From positions 1-20,919 of the forward strand of contig DXJL01000132.1 of assembly GCA_019057635.1 (NCBI GenBank): a DNA stretch of 20,919 nt. Reading direction: 5' to 3'. Below, piece after piece: positions 1 through 9,074 of this stretch. This stretch comes from Candidatus Heimdallarchaeota archaeon. Its GTDB lineage: Archaea; Asgardarchaeota; Heimdallarchaeia; Hodarchaeales; Hodarchaeaceae. How positions within the stretch are numbered: position 1 is the stretch's first letter; every line of letters begins with the position of its first letter. A program made the position numbers and the translations under genes. The notes below the pieces were generated by a model that saw only the letters and a list, made by a program, of their open reading frames with translations, did not search any database and was not told the DNA's origin.

Positions 1-1
1 A

Positions 2-652
2 GATATTCCTGGAGGAATTATGCTTATGCCTATTCTTCCTGGACTTGGGGATACAGAGGAGAATTTAAGAAATATTGTGACAAAGGGGAAAGATATTGGG
101 GCAAATTTTATCCTTCCAGCAGGTCTAACCTTAAAACCAGGAAGGAATAAAGACGAGATGTTTACCACAATCCGAAATAATTATCCAGAGTTTTCACCCC
201 ATTATGAACACCTATATTCAAATAATAACAAGTATGGCATTCCAATAAGAAATTCAAAATTTTCCCGTAATGGAGCCAAAATTGTGCATGAATTCTGTCG
301 TAGGTATGGTATTCCGGATAGAATTCCGCGATATCTGTCACCGTGGGCTATTAAGATTAATTATGTAATTAGTACTATTCTATTCAACTTGGCGTATTAT
401 TTCCAATATGTAAGTGAACAAAAGTGGCAGAAAATAGCTAATTTTTCAAAAACTGCTCGGGTTATTGAACAATCATCACAATCTGTCTCCTCGATAACAA
501 AAAAAGAGCTTAGAGCTTTAATTTCAGACGAAACAGTTTTGGAAGTTGTAGAAGAAATATTAAACAAAGGTAAATCAACGGTACTCTCTCAATATCAAGA
601 TCCTGGAGATATATTTGAGGGAAATCCATCCATTGACGAATTTCTCGCTTGA
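2..652 (+). CDS. Radical SAM protein, SplB/Rv2578c-like (DNA-repair associated), 5'-truncated by the window; C-terminal PolX-8kDa-like helical domain
   Basis: The frame is open from base 2 (DIPGGIMLMPILPGLGDTEENL...). The 'MPILPGLGDTEENL..IV..GA.FI...GLTL' segment resembles the C-terminal half of SplB/Rv2578c-family radical SAM proteins. The CxxxCxxC motif would lie upstream of the window and is not seen. Confidence 0.7.
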   Translation, partial: DIPGGIMLMPILPGLGDTEENLRNIVTKGKDIGANFILPAGLTLKPGRNKDEMFTTIRNNYPEFSPHYEHLYSNNNKYGIPIRNSKFSRNGAKIVHEFCRRYGIPDRIPRYLSPWAIKINYVISTILFNLAYYFQYVSEQKWQKIANFSKTARVIEQSSQSVSSITKKELRALISDETVLEVVEEILNKGKSTVLSQYQDPGDIFEGNPSIDEFLA

Positions 653-656
653 ACTC

Positions 657-1792
657 TCAAAAACCAGTATTTAATATATCACTAAGTCTCGTTCCTATTA
701 ATTCTGTTTTAGCTGTCCCTCCTAGGTCTATTGGTAAGTATTTTCTCTCTAGCAGTAGTTCTTGAACAGCTTTTTCAATTTTAATCGAAGCTTGGCTGAA
801 CTTTGGTAACCCCTTTTTTCGACTTAACCACTCTAACATCATTGAAGCAGCGAGTATTGCTGCTATTGGATTTGCAAGGTGTTTTCCCGCGATATCTGAA
901 CCACTTCCATGAATTGATTCAAACAATCCTTGTGAATCGGGCGACCAACCATTAATTTGTCCAGAAGGCGCCATTCCCATTCCACCAGCAAGCACACTTG
1001 AGAGATCAGTTAATATATCCCCAAACATATTTGTGGTGACACATACTGAATATTTTTCTGGTGATCTAAGTACGTCTTGAGTAAAAGCATCGACCAAAAT
1101 GTCGTTTGATTCAATATTTGAATACTCTGAGGCAATAGAATAAAATTCTCGTGTGAAGAGCTGGCACCCTCTGAGGATATTATTTTTATGAATTGCTGTG
1201 ACTCGTTTTTTTCCATCAATGGGAGCAACTGATTTTTTCTCTTCGGAATATTGAAAAGCTAGACGAATAATTCTTTGAGAATTTTGTTTCGTAATAGAAC
1301 GAGTATCTATTACCTCATCATCATTCTCATTTATTGGCTGTTTTCCGAATGGAGAGGAGTACAATCCTTCAGTATTTTCCCTGATTATTGTAAAGTTTAT
1401 ATTGGATGGTTCCCAAACTTCGGTAAATTTACTAGATACTTTATGCTTTACACCTGCATATAATTTTGTAGGTCTGATATTTGCATATAAATCTAGTCCA
1501 AGCCGCAGTCCTAAAACTATATTTGCCCCAGCTATATTATTATCAGGAAGTCGAGCCTTCGGATGACCTATTGCACCTAAGAATATCGCATCAGCTTCAT
1601 TACATATCTCAAACGAACCATCTGGCCATTCTTGACCATGTTGTAGATAGTAACTACCTCCTCCTTCAATTTCAGTTATTTCAATATTTAAATCGAATAA
1701 ATCGTTGACACAATTTAAGATCTTGATTCCTTCCGAAACCACCTCTGGGCCAATAAATCTCCTCCTATTGCGACAATTTTAATATTAATCAT
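657..1792 (-). CDS. Isocitrate/isopropylmalate (beta-decarboxylating) dehydrogenase family protein, LeuB-like, with a frameshift near codon 13
   Basis: Family motifs LRLGLDLYANIRP, RENTEGLY, HKNNIL, DAF, NMFGDILTD, FESIHGSGSDIAGK, ANPIAAILA. The natural N-terminus MINIKIVAIGGD starts at ATG 1792 but is out of frame with (F)IGPEVVSEG; the track ORF starts at GTG 1742. Confidence 0.85.
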
Positions 1793-2014
1793 TTTACTAG
1801 TAAATCTTCCTTATTTCATGGCTGAAACTATTGAATAAGACAATTTTATTTAATTCAATATTCAAAAGGGTGTTGGTATCATTTTCTGTTGAGTTTTCTT
1901 GAAAATATGTTTAACTTTTGGTATATGGACTAGTTTTTGTGGAACCTATATTTATTAAATTTCAGGGTAAGGTTAAAACGTTTGGAAAAATGAGCGATTG
2001 AAAAGGAAATTATC

Positions 2015-2728
2015 ATGAATTACGATATAAGGTTACAGAACGTCTCAAAATATTATGTAATGGGTAATTCTAAGATCAAAGCTCTTGAAAACCTTTCCCT
2101 TGAGATTGATCACGGAGAAATTGTTGTATTCTTAGGACCATCTGGATCGGGGAAAACTACACTATTGAATCTTGTAGGTGCCCTCGAAAATGCGACTAAT
2201 GGTATGATTACAATTGGAAGTAAAGAAATAACACAGATGAAAAGACAAAAACAATTCACCTATAGACGTGAAACAATTGGTTTCATTTTTCAGACCTTCA
2301 ACCTTTTTCCTACATTATCAGCTTTAGAAAATGTTCAGTACGTCGCTGATCTTGCCAAATTAAAACGAAGTAAACAGAAAGCAATTAAATCGTTACAAAC
2401 AGTAGGTTTGGGGGAACGTATTCGTCATTTTCCTCATCAACTTTCTGGTGGAGAACAACAACGAGTTGCAATTGCTCGTGCATTGGTCAAAGATGCCCCC
2501 ATTATATTGGCTGATGAACCAACGGGAGAATTAGATTTCAAAACCGGTAGACAAATTCTGTCACTTCTTGTTGAGCAGAAGCAGAAGAAGAAAACAGTTC
2601 TTTTAGTAACGCATAATCGTGAGATATCAAGACTAGCTCATCGTGTAATTGAACTTCAATCTGGACAAATAGCCGCTGATGGACCCCCAAAAGATGGTAC
2701 AGTAAGTATTGATAATTTGGAATGGTGA
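2015..2728 (+). CDS. ABC transporter ATP-binding protein, LolD/MacB/FtsE family
   Basis: Walker A GPSGSGKT, IGFIFQTFNL Q-loop, LSGGEQQRVAIARA signature, ILADEPTGELD Walker B, VTHN H-loop. Confidence 0.95.
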   Translation: MNYDIRLQNVSKYYVMGNSKIKALENLSLEIDHGEIVVFLGPSGSGKTTLLNLVGALENATNGMITIGSKEITQMKRQKQFTYRRETIGFIFQTFNLFPTLSALENVQYVADLAKLKRSKQKAIKSLQTVGLGERIRHFPHQLSGGEQQRVAIARALVKDAPIILADEPTGELDFKTGRQILSLLVEQKQKKKTVLLVTHNREISRLAHRVIELQSGQIAADGPPKDGTVSIDNLEW

Positions 2729-2732
2729 TAAA

Positions 2733-5207
2733 ATGGCACAGCTGAAATTCTTAGTGCGTTGGTCAATCCGAGATTTACGTGAACGAAAATTTCAAGTAAT
2801 TGCCTTATCATTGATCATTGGGTTGGGAACAGGAGCTTATGTGGGTTTAAGTAGTACAACTCCTTGGAGACAATACGCATTTGACCAAAGTAATGAAAAA
2901 CTGCATATGTTCGATCTTAAAATGGAATTAGCATTTGGAAGTTGGGTTAATCAAACTCGACTTAGATCGACTTTGAATAGTTTACCTAATGCTAATTGGA
3001 TAGAGGCCATGGAGCTAAGAGTAGTCTTTCCGATTTCCGTCAATGCTTCAACTGAAAATAAAACGATCCTAGTGAATGGTAGGATTATTGGAATAAATGT
3101 TACTTCAGGGTCAGAAAATCTAAAGGTAAATGGAATAGAAGTAGTTGATGGAAGAAATATCGACTCCTCTGAAACTAATGCCTCAGTATGTATTATTGAG
3201 TATAACTTTGTTCAATATTATAATCTCCAACCTAAAAACCAAAATATTATCGTACCAGGAGGGATGAATCTTTCTTTTATTGGTAGTGGTCTCAGTCCCG
3301 AATATTTCATGGTAATAGAAGGAAATGCCGTCAAAGCTGAGGCGGTTTTTTGTGCATTATTTGTACCAATGGAAACAGCTCAAAGCATCTTGTACCAACA
3401 AGTTGGGTTACCCTTGGGTCATGTTAATGAAGCCATATTCCTTATGTCGCCAGAAGCAGATCTCAATATCATTAAAACAGAAATCTCAGAAGCGTTTGAG
3501 GGTGATTTTCCTACAGTCGATGTTAAATTTACTGAAAAAGACGAATATCCAGCATATCGAATCCAGAAAGAAGATATCCCAACTGATCAGCAGATGTATT
3601 TCATAATCTCTTTTCTAATTCTTTTAGCAGCTGCTTTTGGTACGTTTAATCTTGTTTCAAGGGTTATAAATTCTCATAGGCGTCAAATTGGAATTAACAT
3701 GGCCCTTGGTGTTCCTCCTTATCAATTGGCTATTCGATATTTGATCTTTTCTTTTGAAATCGCTCTTGGGGGTGTTTTCTTTGGATTAGTTCTTTCTCAG
3801 TTCCTGGGTGATCGACTTGGTTCAGTATTAGCGGAAGTAATTCCTTTCCCAGTATGGAAAGAATGGTTAGTGGTTGATTTATTTATGCAGGGAGCGATTC
3901 TCGGGATACTGATTCCATTTTCTGCGACAATTATTCCCATTTGGAGAGCAACAAGGGTACGCCCTATTCAAGCAATACAAACGGGTTATACACTTTCAAC
4001 AGGTAAAGGAGCGGCTCCGTTACTCGAACGAATTCGTTTCCCTGGGTCCATTTTTTTTCAACTTCCATTCCGAAATTTTGCTCGCAATCCTCGACGGACT
4101 TTTTCAACAATAATGGGAGTTGCCCTCTCCCTCTCAGTTCTTATTGCAATTCTTTCCCTCCTTGATGGTGGTACGTATCTTCTTGACCGTGAACAAGCTA
4201 TTATGGAGGGAAATTCACCAAATCGATTGCATGTTGGGTTAAACGATTTTTATAATATTTCAACCGAGACAGTTACAAATATAACCCAGAATACTAAGGT
4301 AGAAAAAACCATTCCCGCCATTGAAATCCCTGGCACAATCATTGGAGCTAAGGACTCATTTACACTGAGTATCCACTTCTTTGACCTCAAAAATGAGATT
4401 TGGACTCCAGAACTTAGTGAAGGGGATGTAGAAACAACGTCATCCCAACCTGGAATTATATTATCCAAGAAAACCGCAGAAGAACTAGATGTTGCTGTAG
4501 GTGATACCCTCACTCTGGAACATTTATTCCGTGAAACATCATATCAGTATTCAATGATAAATACTACGGTAGAAATAATAGGGGTCTATGGAAGTCAAGT
4601 ACGATTTTGGGCATTCATGGATATTATGGATGATAATATATTGAATTGCACAGGACTTATCAACTCCCTGATCTTACTCCCTAAACCAGGTGTAACAATT
4701 GAATCAATACAAGAAGATTTGTTCGAAATTCCTGGTTATAGTGGAGTGCAAACAATAATCAGACTAGTGGAAACCTACGAAGAATTGATTGCATTATTTA
4801 CATCAATTTTGACCGTAATTCAATATGCAGTCATGGCACTCGCTCTTTTGATGGCATTTAATACTGCAACTATCAATTTTGATGAACGACTACGCGAATT
4901 TGCTACAATGGGTGCTTTTGGAACACCAATTAGGACATCAATCTGGATGATGATGGTAGAGAGTATTATTATTGGTGTATTCGGAACTTTATTTGGTTTT
5001 TACCCTCTAGGATTGATTATAATGGAGATTTTCCAAATTCAAATTCGAACTTCAATGCCAGAAGTAAATCTTACTGGATTTCTCTTTCCTGATAGTATTG
5101 CGATTATTTTCTTTATCGGGGTAGTCCTTGTCGCATTAACTCCTCTTCTTTCGATTCGAAAATTAGCTAAAATGGATCTTCCGTCAGCTCTTAGAGTGAT
5201 TGAGTAG
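2733..5207 (+). CDS. ABC transporter permease, FtsX/MacB (type VII) family, two-repeat architecture
   Basis: Two repeats of TM helix, large extracytoplasmic domain and three TM helices, with coupling motifs RRQIGINMALG and ERLREFATMGAFG. ATG 2733 (MAQLKF), 4 nt after the ATPase stop, is preferred to TTG 2709. Confidence 0.9.
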   Translation: MAQLKFLVRWSIRDLRERKFQVIALSLIIGLGTGAYVGLSSTTPWRQYAFDQSNEKLHMFDLKMELAFGSWVNQTRLRSTLNSLPNANWIEAMELRVVFPISVNASTENKTILVNGRIIGINVTSGSENLKVNGIEVVDGRNIDSSETNASVCIIEYNFVQYYNLQPKNQNIIVPGGMNLSFIGSGLSPEYFMVIEGNAVKAEAVFCALFVPMETAQSILYQQVGLPLGHVNEAIFLMSPEADLNIIKTEISEAFEGDFPTVDVKFTEKDEYPAYRIQKEDIPTDQQMYFIISFLILLAAAFGTFNLVSRVINSHRRQIGINMALGVPPYQLAIRYLIFSFEIALGGVFFGLVLSQFLGDRLGSVLAEVIPFPVWKEWLVVDLFMQGAILGILIPFSATIIPIWRATRVRPIQAIQTGYTLSTGKGAAPLLERIRFPGSIFFQLPFRNFARNPRRTFSTIMGVALSLSVLIAILSLLDGGTYLLDREQAIMEGNSPNRLHVGLNDFYNISTETVTNITQNTKVEKTIPAIEIPGTIIGAKDSFTLSIHFFDLKNEIWTPELSEGDVETTSSQPGIILSKKTAEELDVAVGDTLTLEHLFRETSYQYSMINTTVEIIGVYGSQVRFWAFMDIMDDNILNCTGLINSLILLPKPGVTIESIQEDLFEIPGYSGVQTIIRLVETYEELIALFTSILTVIQYAVMALALLMAFNTATINFDERLREFATMGAFGTPIRTSIWMMMVESIIIGVFGTLFGFYPLGLIIMEIFQIQIRTSMPEVNLTGFLFPDSIAIIFFIGVVLVALTPLLSIRKLAKMDLPSALRVIE

Positions 5208-5401
5208 CAAATTAACGATTGAAGCATTTTTTATAGATATTAGGAAAATATCGGGCTCCCATTAATCTCTATATTGGAAAAGAATAACTCTCAAATATCG
5301 TTTAACCTGTATGAAAAATCAAAATACTAAAATACTAAAAATTTAGATTCACACAGTATTCTCGAATAATAGACATTTCTGTAAATTCTGGAAGGAAAAA
5401 T

Positions 5402-5920
5402 ATGAGTTTTCTTCGTCGACGTAAATCGAAGGTAAAAACCGTCCGTAGTGATTCAAAACTTGATCTTCAAAAAGGAATGGACGCTAGTAGGGAAGAACGA
5501 GATAAAATTGGAGAAACTCGCACTCTATCTAGAGAGCGCCCTCAATTAAGTTTGAAAGAAAAGATCACACGTCTTGAAGAGAGATTAAATACTGCAGAAA
5601 CTCGAAGTAGTCCCCCTCAACATATCTCTGTCATAAGGAATCTTGCTAAAGGATATTTCAAACTTGGGAGTAAAGAAGATGCAGCTTATTATGCAAAAGC
5701 AGAAAATCTTTACAAACAATTTTCGGTATTGTACCCCTTACACATGGAAAAAATTGATTGGCTTGCGTGGATTGAGGCAAGTGCAAAAGCAAAATTGATT
5801 CGTGAGGCAAGAAATCTTTTAGCTGAAGCTCGTCTTCTTTTCCCTGGTGACGAAGCGCTAGATGAGGTCGAGACTAATGTTCTTCACATTGATCATACTA
5901 AAGCTGACGAAAGTACCTAA
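5402..5920 (+). CDS. Hypothetical protein with basic N-terminus, coiled coil and TPR-like helices
   Basis: 172-aa ATG ORF. It has an MSFLRRRKSK N-terminus, a heptad-like LKEKITRLEERLN stretch, and TPR-like patterns (NLAKGYFKLG...AENLYKQF..LYP; A..LLAEARLLFPGD). Confidence 0.7.
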   Translation: MSFLRRRKSKVKTVRSDSKLDLQKGMDASREERDKIGETRTLSRERPQLSLKEKITRLEERLNTAETRSSPPQHISVIRNLAKGYFKLGSKEDAAYYAKAENLYKQFSVLYPLHMEKIDWLAWIEASAKAKLIREARNLLAEARLLFPGDEALDEVETNVLHIDHTKADEST

Positions 5921-5951
5921 CTCTCTTTTATTCCTCATATCTACTTCTTAT

Positions 5952-7157
5952 TTATGCTAATGAGGAATTCTTAGATAAATTCTCTTTGTAGAACAGTATG
6001 CCAAGTAAGATCCCGAATAGTGAAATACTACCAGCAAGGAGAAAATTAAATCTAATAATTCCCGAGAAATCTGCCATATAAGCCCCAATTAATGTTCCTA
6101 ATGCTTGGCCACTATATGTTACAGCCGAATATAACCCCATAGCTAATCCTCTTGTTCCTGTATTCGTATTTTCCGATATAACAACTGGTACAACGACAAA
6201 AAACGTACTATAAGCAGGAATGCTATATAAGGCTAACACGATGAAAGGATCATTAGCAAAAACAAACGTTAAGGTAGGTAATACAAAGTAGATAATGAGA
6301 CCAATTATAATAACTCGTTTTTTAGCAAAACCTGCAGATATTAACCTTCCTACCAGATAGGATGCCCCCATCCCGATTATCGTTGCTAGCGAATTCGCCA
6401 CTGCAGCAAGATTTACAGGTTGATTAAGTTCTGACTCAATGAATATCGTGAAAAAACTAGAATATAAAGCAACTGATGTTTGTGTAAATAGTACTAACAA
6501 TAGTAGAACAGCAATAGGTTTTAAAGCTTGGATAATAGGGACAGATTCCACATTAGTTAGGTCTGTTGGAAATTTATTCAAATTTCTCCTCGTTAGTATT
6601 TTCTTTTCAGAATCTAGTAGGAGAACACCACAAAAAGCGATAATTGAAAATATCATTGCTGTTAGGAATAATGGACGAAAGTCATGGCCTTCACTATCTA
6701 ATAAAATAGCCGCTAATACACTTCCCAAGAAGAATCCTAGACTGGCCCACATTGCAAGACGCCCAAAAACATTGCCTTGCTCAGATTGATTTGATTCTGT
6801 GCGGACTGATACATACCTATTATAAGCTGGGCCAAAAGCTGAAATCAATACATTAAAACCAATATATGCGAGAAAGAAAATCCAGGGAGTTGAAATGTTG
6901 TAATATACAATGAATGAAGATATTTGCATAAGAAGTGCGAAGAAAATCAAATTTTTTGATCCAATGATATCACTCAAACGGCCAAAAATAGCAGTAGAAA
7001 AAATAAAGGCAATATAAGGAATACTAATAATAAAACCTGCCCCAAGAAAATCCCCTCCCGACATATTATAGAAATACCAGCTAATAAAGGGAGTACTTAA
7101 AGCAACAGGAAAATGATAGAGAAGATAAACTATTTCAGTCTTACTTATGAGACCCAT
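5952..7157 (-). CDS. Major facilitator superfamily transporter
   Basis: 401 aa, about 12 hydrophobic segments, MFS motif A 'GRLSDIIGSK' and C-half 'TRGLAMGLYS'. Confidence 0.9.
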   Translation of the reverse strand: MGLISKTEIVYLLYHFPVALSTPFISWYFYNMSGGDFLGAGFIISIPYIAFIFSTAIFGRLSDIIGSKNLIFFALLMQISSFIVYYNISTPWIFFLAYIGFNVLISAFGPAYNRYVSVRTESNQSEQGNVFGRLAMWASLGFFLGSVLAAILLDSEGHDFRPLFLTAMIFSIIAFCGVLLLDSEKKILTRRNLNKFPTDLTNVESVPIIQALKPIAVLLLLVLFTQTSVALYSSFFTIFIESELNQPVNLAAVANSLATIIGMGASYLVGRLISAGFAKKRVIIIGLIIYFVLPTLTFVFANDPFIVLALYSIPAYSTFFVVVPVVISENTNTGTRGLAMGLYSAVTYSGQALGTLIGAYMADFSGIIRFNFLLAGSISLFGILLGILFYKENLSKNSSLA

Positions 7158-7364
7158 TCTAGAAAAACCAGTTTTGATTGCTTATTTACACTGAGTAGAG
7201 GGAGGAAAAAAGAGAGTTTTTATTTCCGCTTATTCATTGTAAATATCATCATCCCCAATAACAAAAACAATCCCCTCTGATTCTCTAGTTCCCCTTTCAG
7301 AGAGCTTATAAAATAGAATTTTACCCAAGTATTCAAACCCCTTGAAAAATGAAGGTATAAAATA

Positions 7365-7694
7365 ATGATATATTGTGAAACCTGTGGAAAAAAAAATACT
7401 GATAACGCTAAATTTTGCAAGAGTTGTGGTGCTACCTTGCAATCCTCTGGTTCAGGAAGTCAATCCGCTCAATATTCATCCAATAAGCATTCAATAGGCT
7501 TTGGAGAGCGGCGTACTGGAGAAAATCTTGTTTTGCGATGCACTCTTTGTGGTAACCAAGATTTCGCCAAGGATAAGGGACGATTAGATTCTAAATGGGG
7601 TTTTACGAGCTTTAAAGTTGTGATGATGAGCTGTCGGCATTGTGGGCATATAGAGCTCTTTAACCGCGGAAGAAGCATCTTCGATTTTGATTAG
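7365..7694 (+). CDS. Double zinc-ribbon protein
   Basis: Four CxxC pairs: CETC...CKSC (N-terminal zinc ribbon), a Ser/Gly linker, then CTLC...CRHCGHIELF (DUF2082-like ribbon). Confidence 0.85.
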   Translation: MIYCETCGKKNTDNAKFCKSCGATLQSSGSGSQSAQYSSNKHSIGFGERRTGENLVLRCTLCGNQDFAKDKGRLDSKWGFTSFKVVMMSCRHCGHIELFNRGRSIFDFD

Positions 7695-7752
7695 GTCAAT
7701 CACTCTAGATTTTTTTATGGGTGATTCATTTTTTGTGTTCTTCATCAGATGC

Positions 7753-7766
7753 AAAGAGTATAAATT
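7753..7766 (+). promoter_or_regulatory. Candidate archaeal BRE/TATA box
   Basis: AAAGAG-TATAAATT: a purine-rich BRE-like stretch followed by TATAAA, upstream of the small ORF ending at 8085. Confidence 0.35.
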
Positions 7767-7842
7767 GTCCTGAATTTTCATAATAACTGAAGAACATGTT
7801 CGAAGTGAAATTCCTAGGACGTGGGGAATTGAGTCAGCTCAG

Positions 7843-8085
7843 ATGATTAGAGTCGCTAAAAAAGCTGTAACAACTGGATATGATATTTTATATGAATTTA
7901 TTGAGGATGAGGTTATTCTATCAAGTCCCAGTAGACCTTTTCTTGATAAATTAAAAAGAGATCCTCTAATTGAATATTTTAAACCCCAAAAGCGATTTTC
8001 GCAAATAATAGATAACCCTCAAGCACTTATTGAATTAGACGAGAAAATCGATAAGCACTGGGAGAGACTAAGTATTATTCGGTAG
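7843..8085 (+). CDS. Small hypothetical protein (start uncertain; frame open from 7774)
   Basis: 80-aa ORF with ordinary soluble-protein composition filling the gap before a convergent gene; no family recognised. Confidence 0.55.
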   Translation: MIRVAKKAVTTGYDILYEFIEDEVILSSPSRPFLDKLKRDPLIEYFKPQKRFSQIIDNPQALIELDEKIDKHWERLSIIR

Positions 8086-8104
8086 TGTAAAACTATTGGA
8101 AAAT

Positions 8105-9070
8105 TTATTTCCACACTTTTCGGAAGACTCGTTCAAAATTTCCACCCATAATTTTTTCAATATCCTTTTTGCTAAAGCCTTCTTTTTCAAGTAAAGGTTC
8201 TAAATTTTTCATTTTTCTGGCATCCTCCAACCCTAGAGGAGTTGTTGCAATACCATCAAAATCAGAGCCTAAGCCAACATGCTCTGTTCCGATTAGATCC
8301 GTTATGTATTTGATATGTTTAATTACATCATCTATCGAAGTTTTTTCGGGAGTTAGAGATAGAAATTTTGGATAAAAATTCACTCCAACAACTCCATCTG
8401 CTGAAGCAATCATTTCTAATTGATCATCAGTCAAATTTCTGGATATAGGACATACAGAATGAGCATTAGAGTGAGAATCAATGAAAGGGCCATCTGTAAA
8501 TTGCATTACATCCATATACCCCTCGTAATTTAAATGTGCTACATCGATTAACATCCCCAGATTATTCATATCCTCTAATAGCTGAATCCCATCTTTAGAT
8601 AATCCACGACCAGTTTTTTTCTCTGTAAAGCTGACTCCTTCTCCAAATAAGTTTTGTCTACTCCATGTAATACCTATGTTTCTTACTCCTAATTCATATA
8701 TCAACGGTAATATTTTAAGGTTTCTTTCTAATGCTATGGCTCCTTCTATACTTAGAACCATTCCTGTAGTAGAGTTTTTATTCTGAGAAACGTAATCAAG
8801 ATCTTCAGATGATTTAACTATTGTAAAATTCTCATTTAATGCCTTTTCTTTTGCTATTTGAATCATCTCAAGTGTAACTTCAAGTCCAATTTTCTCAAGC
8901 TTCGGAGGAACAAACATTGCAAAAACCTGAACATTAACCTTTCCTTCCTCTAAAAATGCTTTTGTTATGTGCATTGGATCTTTCGCTTGAGATGAAAATC
9001 TCATAAGTGATCCGAAATACAATTTCAGTAGGGTATCAGCATGGGCATCAATTACTAAATTCTCTGTCAT
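8105..9070 (-). CDS. Membrane dipeptidase family (peptidase M19), amidohydrolase fold
   Basis: IDAHADT, SIEGA, ITWSRQN, LIDVAH, DSHSN, RNLTDDQL and HVGLGSDFDG metal-binding/catalytic motifs. Confidence 0.93.
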   Translation of the reverse strand: MTENLVIDAHADTLLKLYFGSLMRFSSQAKDPMHITKAFLEEGKVNVQVFAMFVPPKLEKIGLEVTLEMIQIAKEKALNENFTIVKSSEDLDYVSQNKNSTTGMVLSIEGAIALERNLKILPLIYELGVRNIGITWSRQNLFGEGVSFTEKKTGRGLSKDGIQLLEDMNNLGMLIDVAHLNYEGYMDVMQFTDGPFIDSHSNAHSVCPISRNLTDDQLEMIASADGVVGVNFYPKFLSLTPEKTSIDDVIKHIKYITDLIGTEHVGLGSDFDGIATTPLGLEDARKMKNLEPLLEKEGFSKKDIEKIMGGNFERVFRKVWK

Positions 9071-9074
9071 ATTT

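Noticed and set aside
2015-5207. ABC transporter as a novel system
   Set aside because: Ordinary type VII ATPase plus two-repeat permease pair; substrate unknown but the architecture is common.
5321-5340. Short tandem repeat AAAATACT x2 in an intergenic region
   Set aside because: Only two units in AT-rich DNA; not CRISPR-like and not distinguishable from chance.
7220-7442. Two minus-strand ORFs (66 and 70 aa) upstream of the MFS gene
   Set aside because: They overlap the zinc-ribbon gene and the AT-rich divergent promoter region, and have no family features.
7717-8085. Selenoprotein via readthrough of TGA 7771
   Set aside because: There is no redox-motif context, the upstream peptide coincides with T-rich terminator-like and TATA-like DNA, and I see no SECIS-like hairpin in the 19 nt before the convergent gene.
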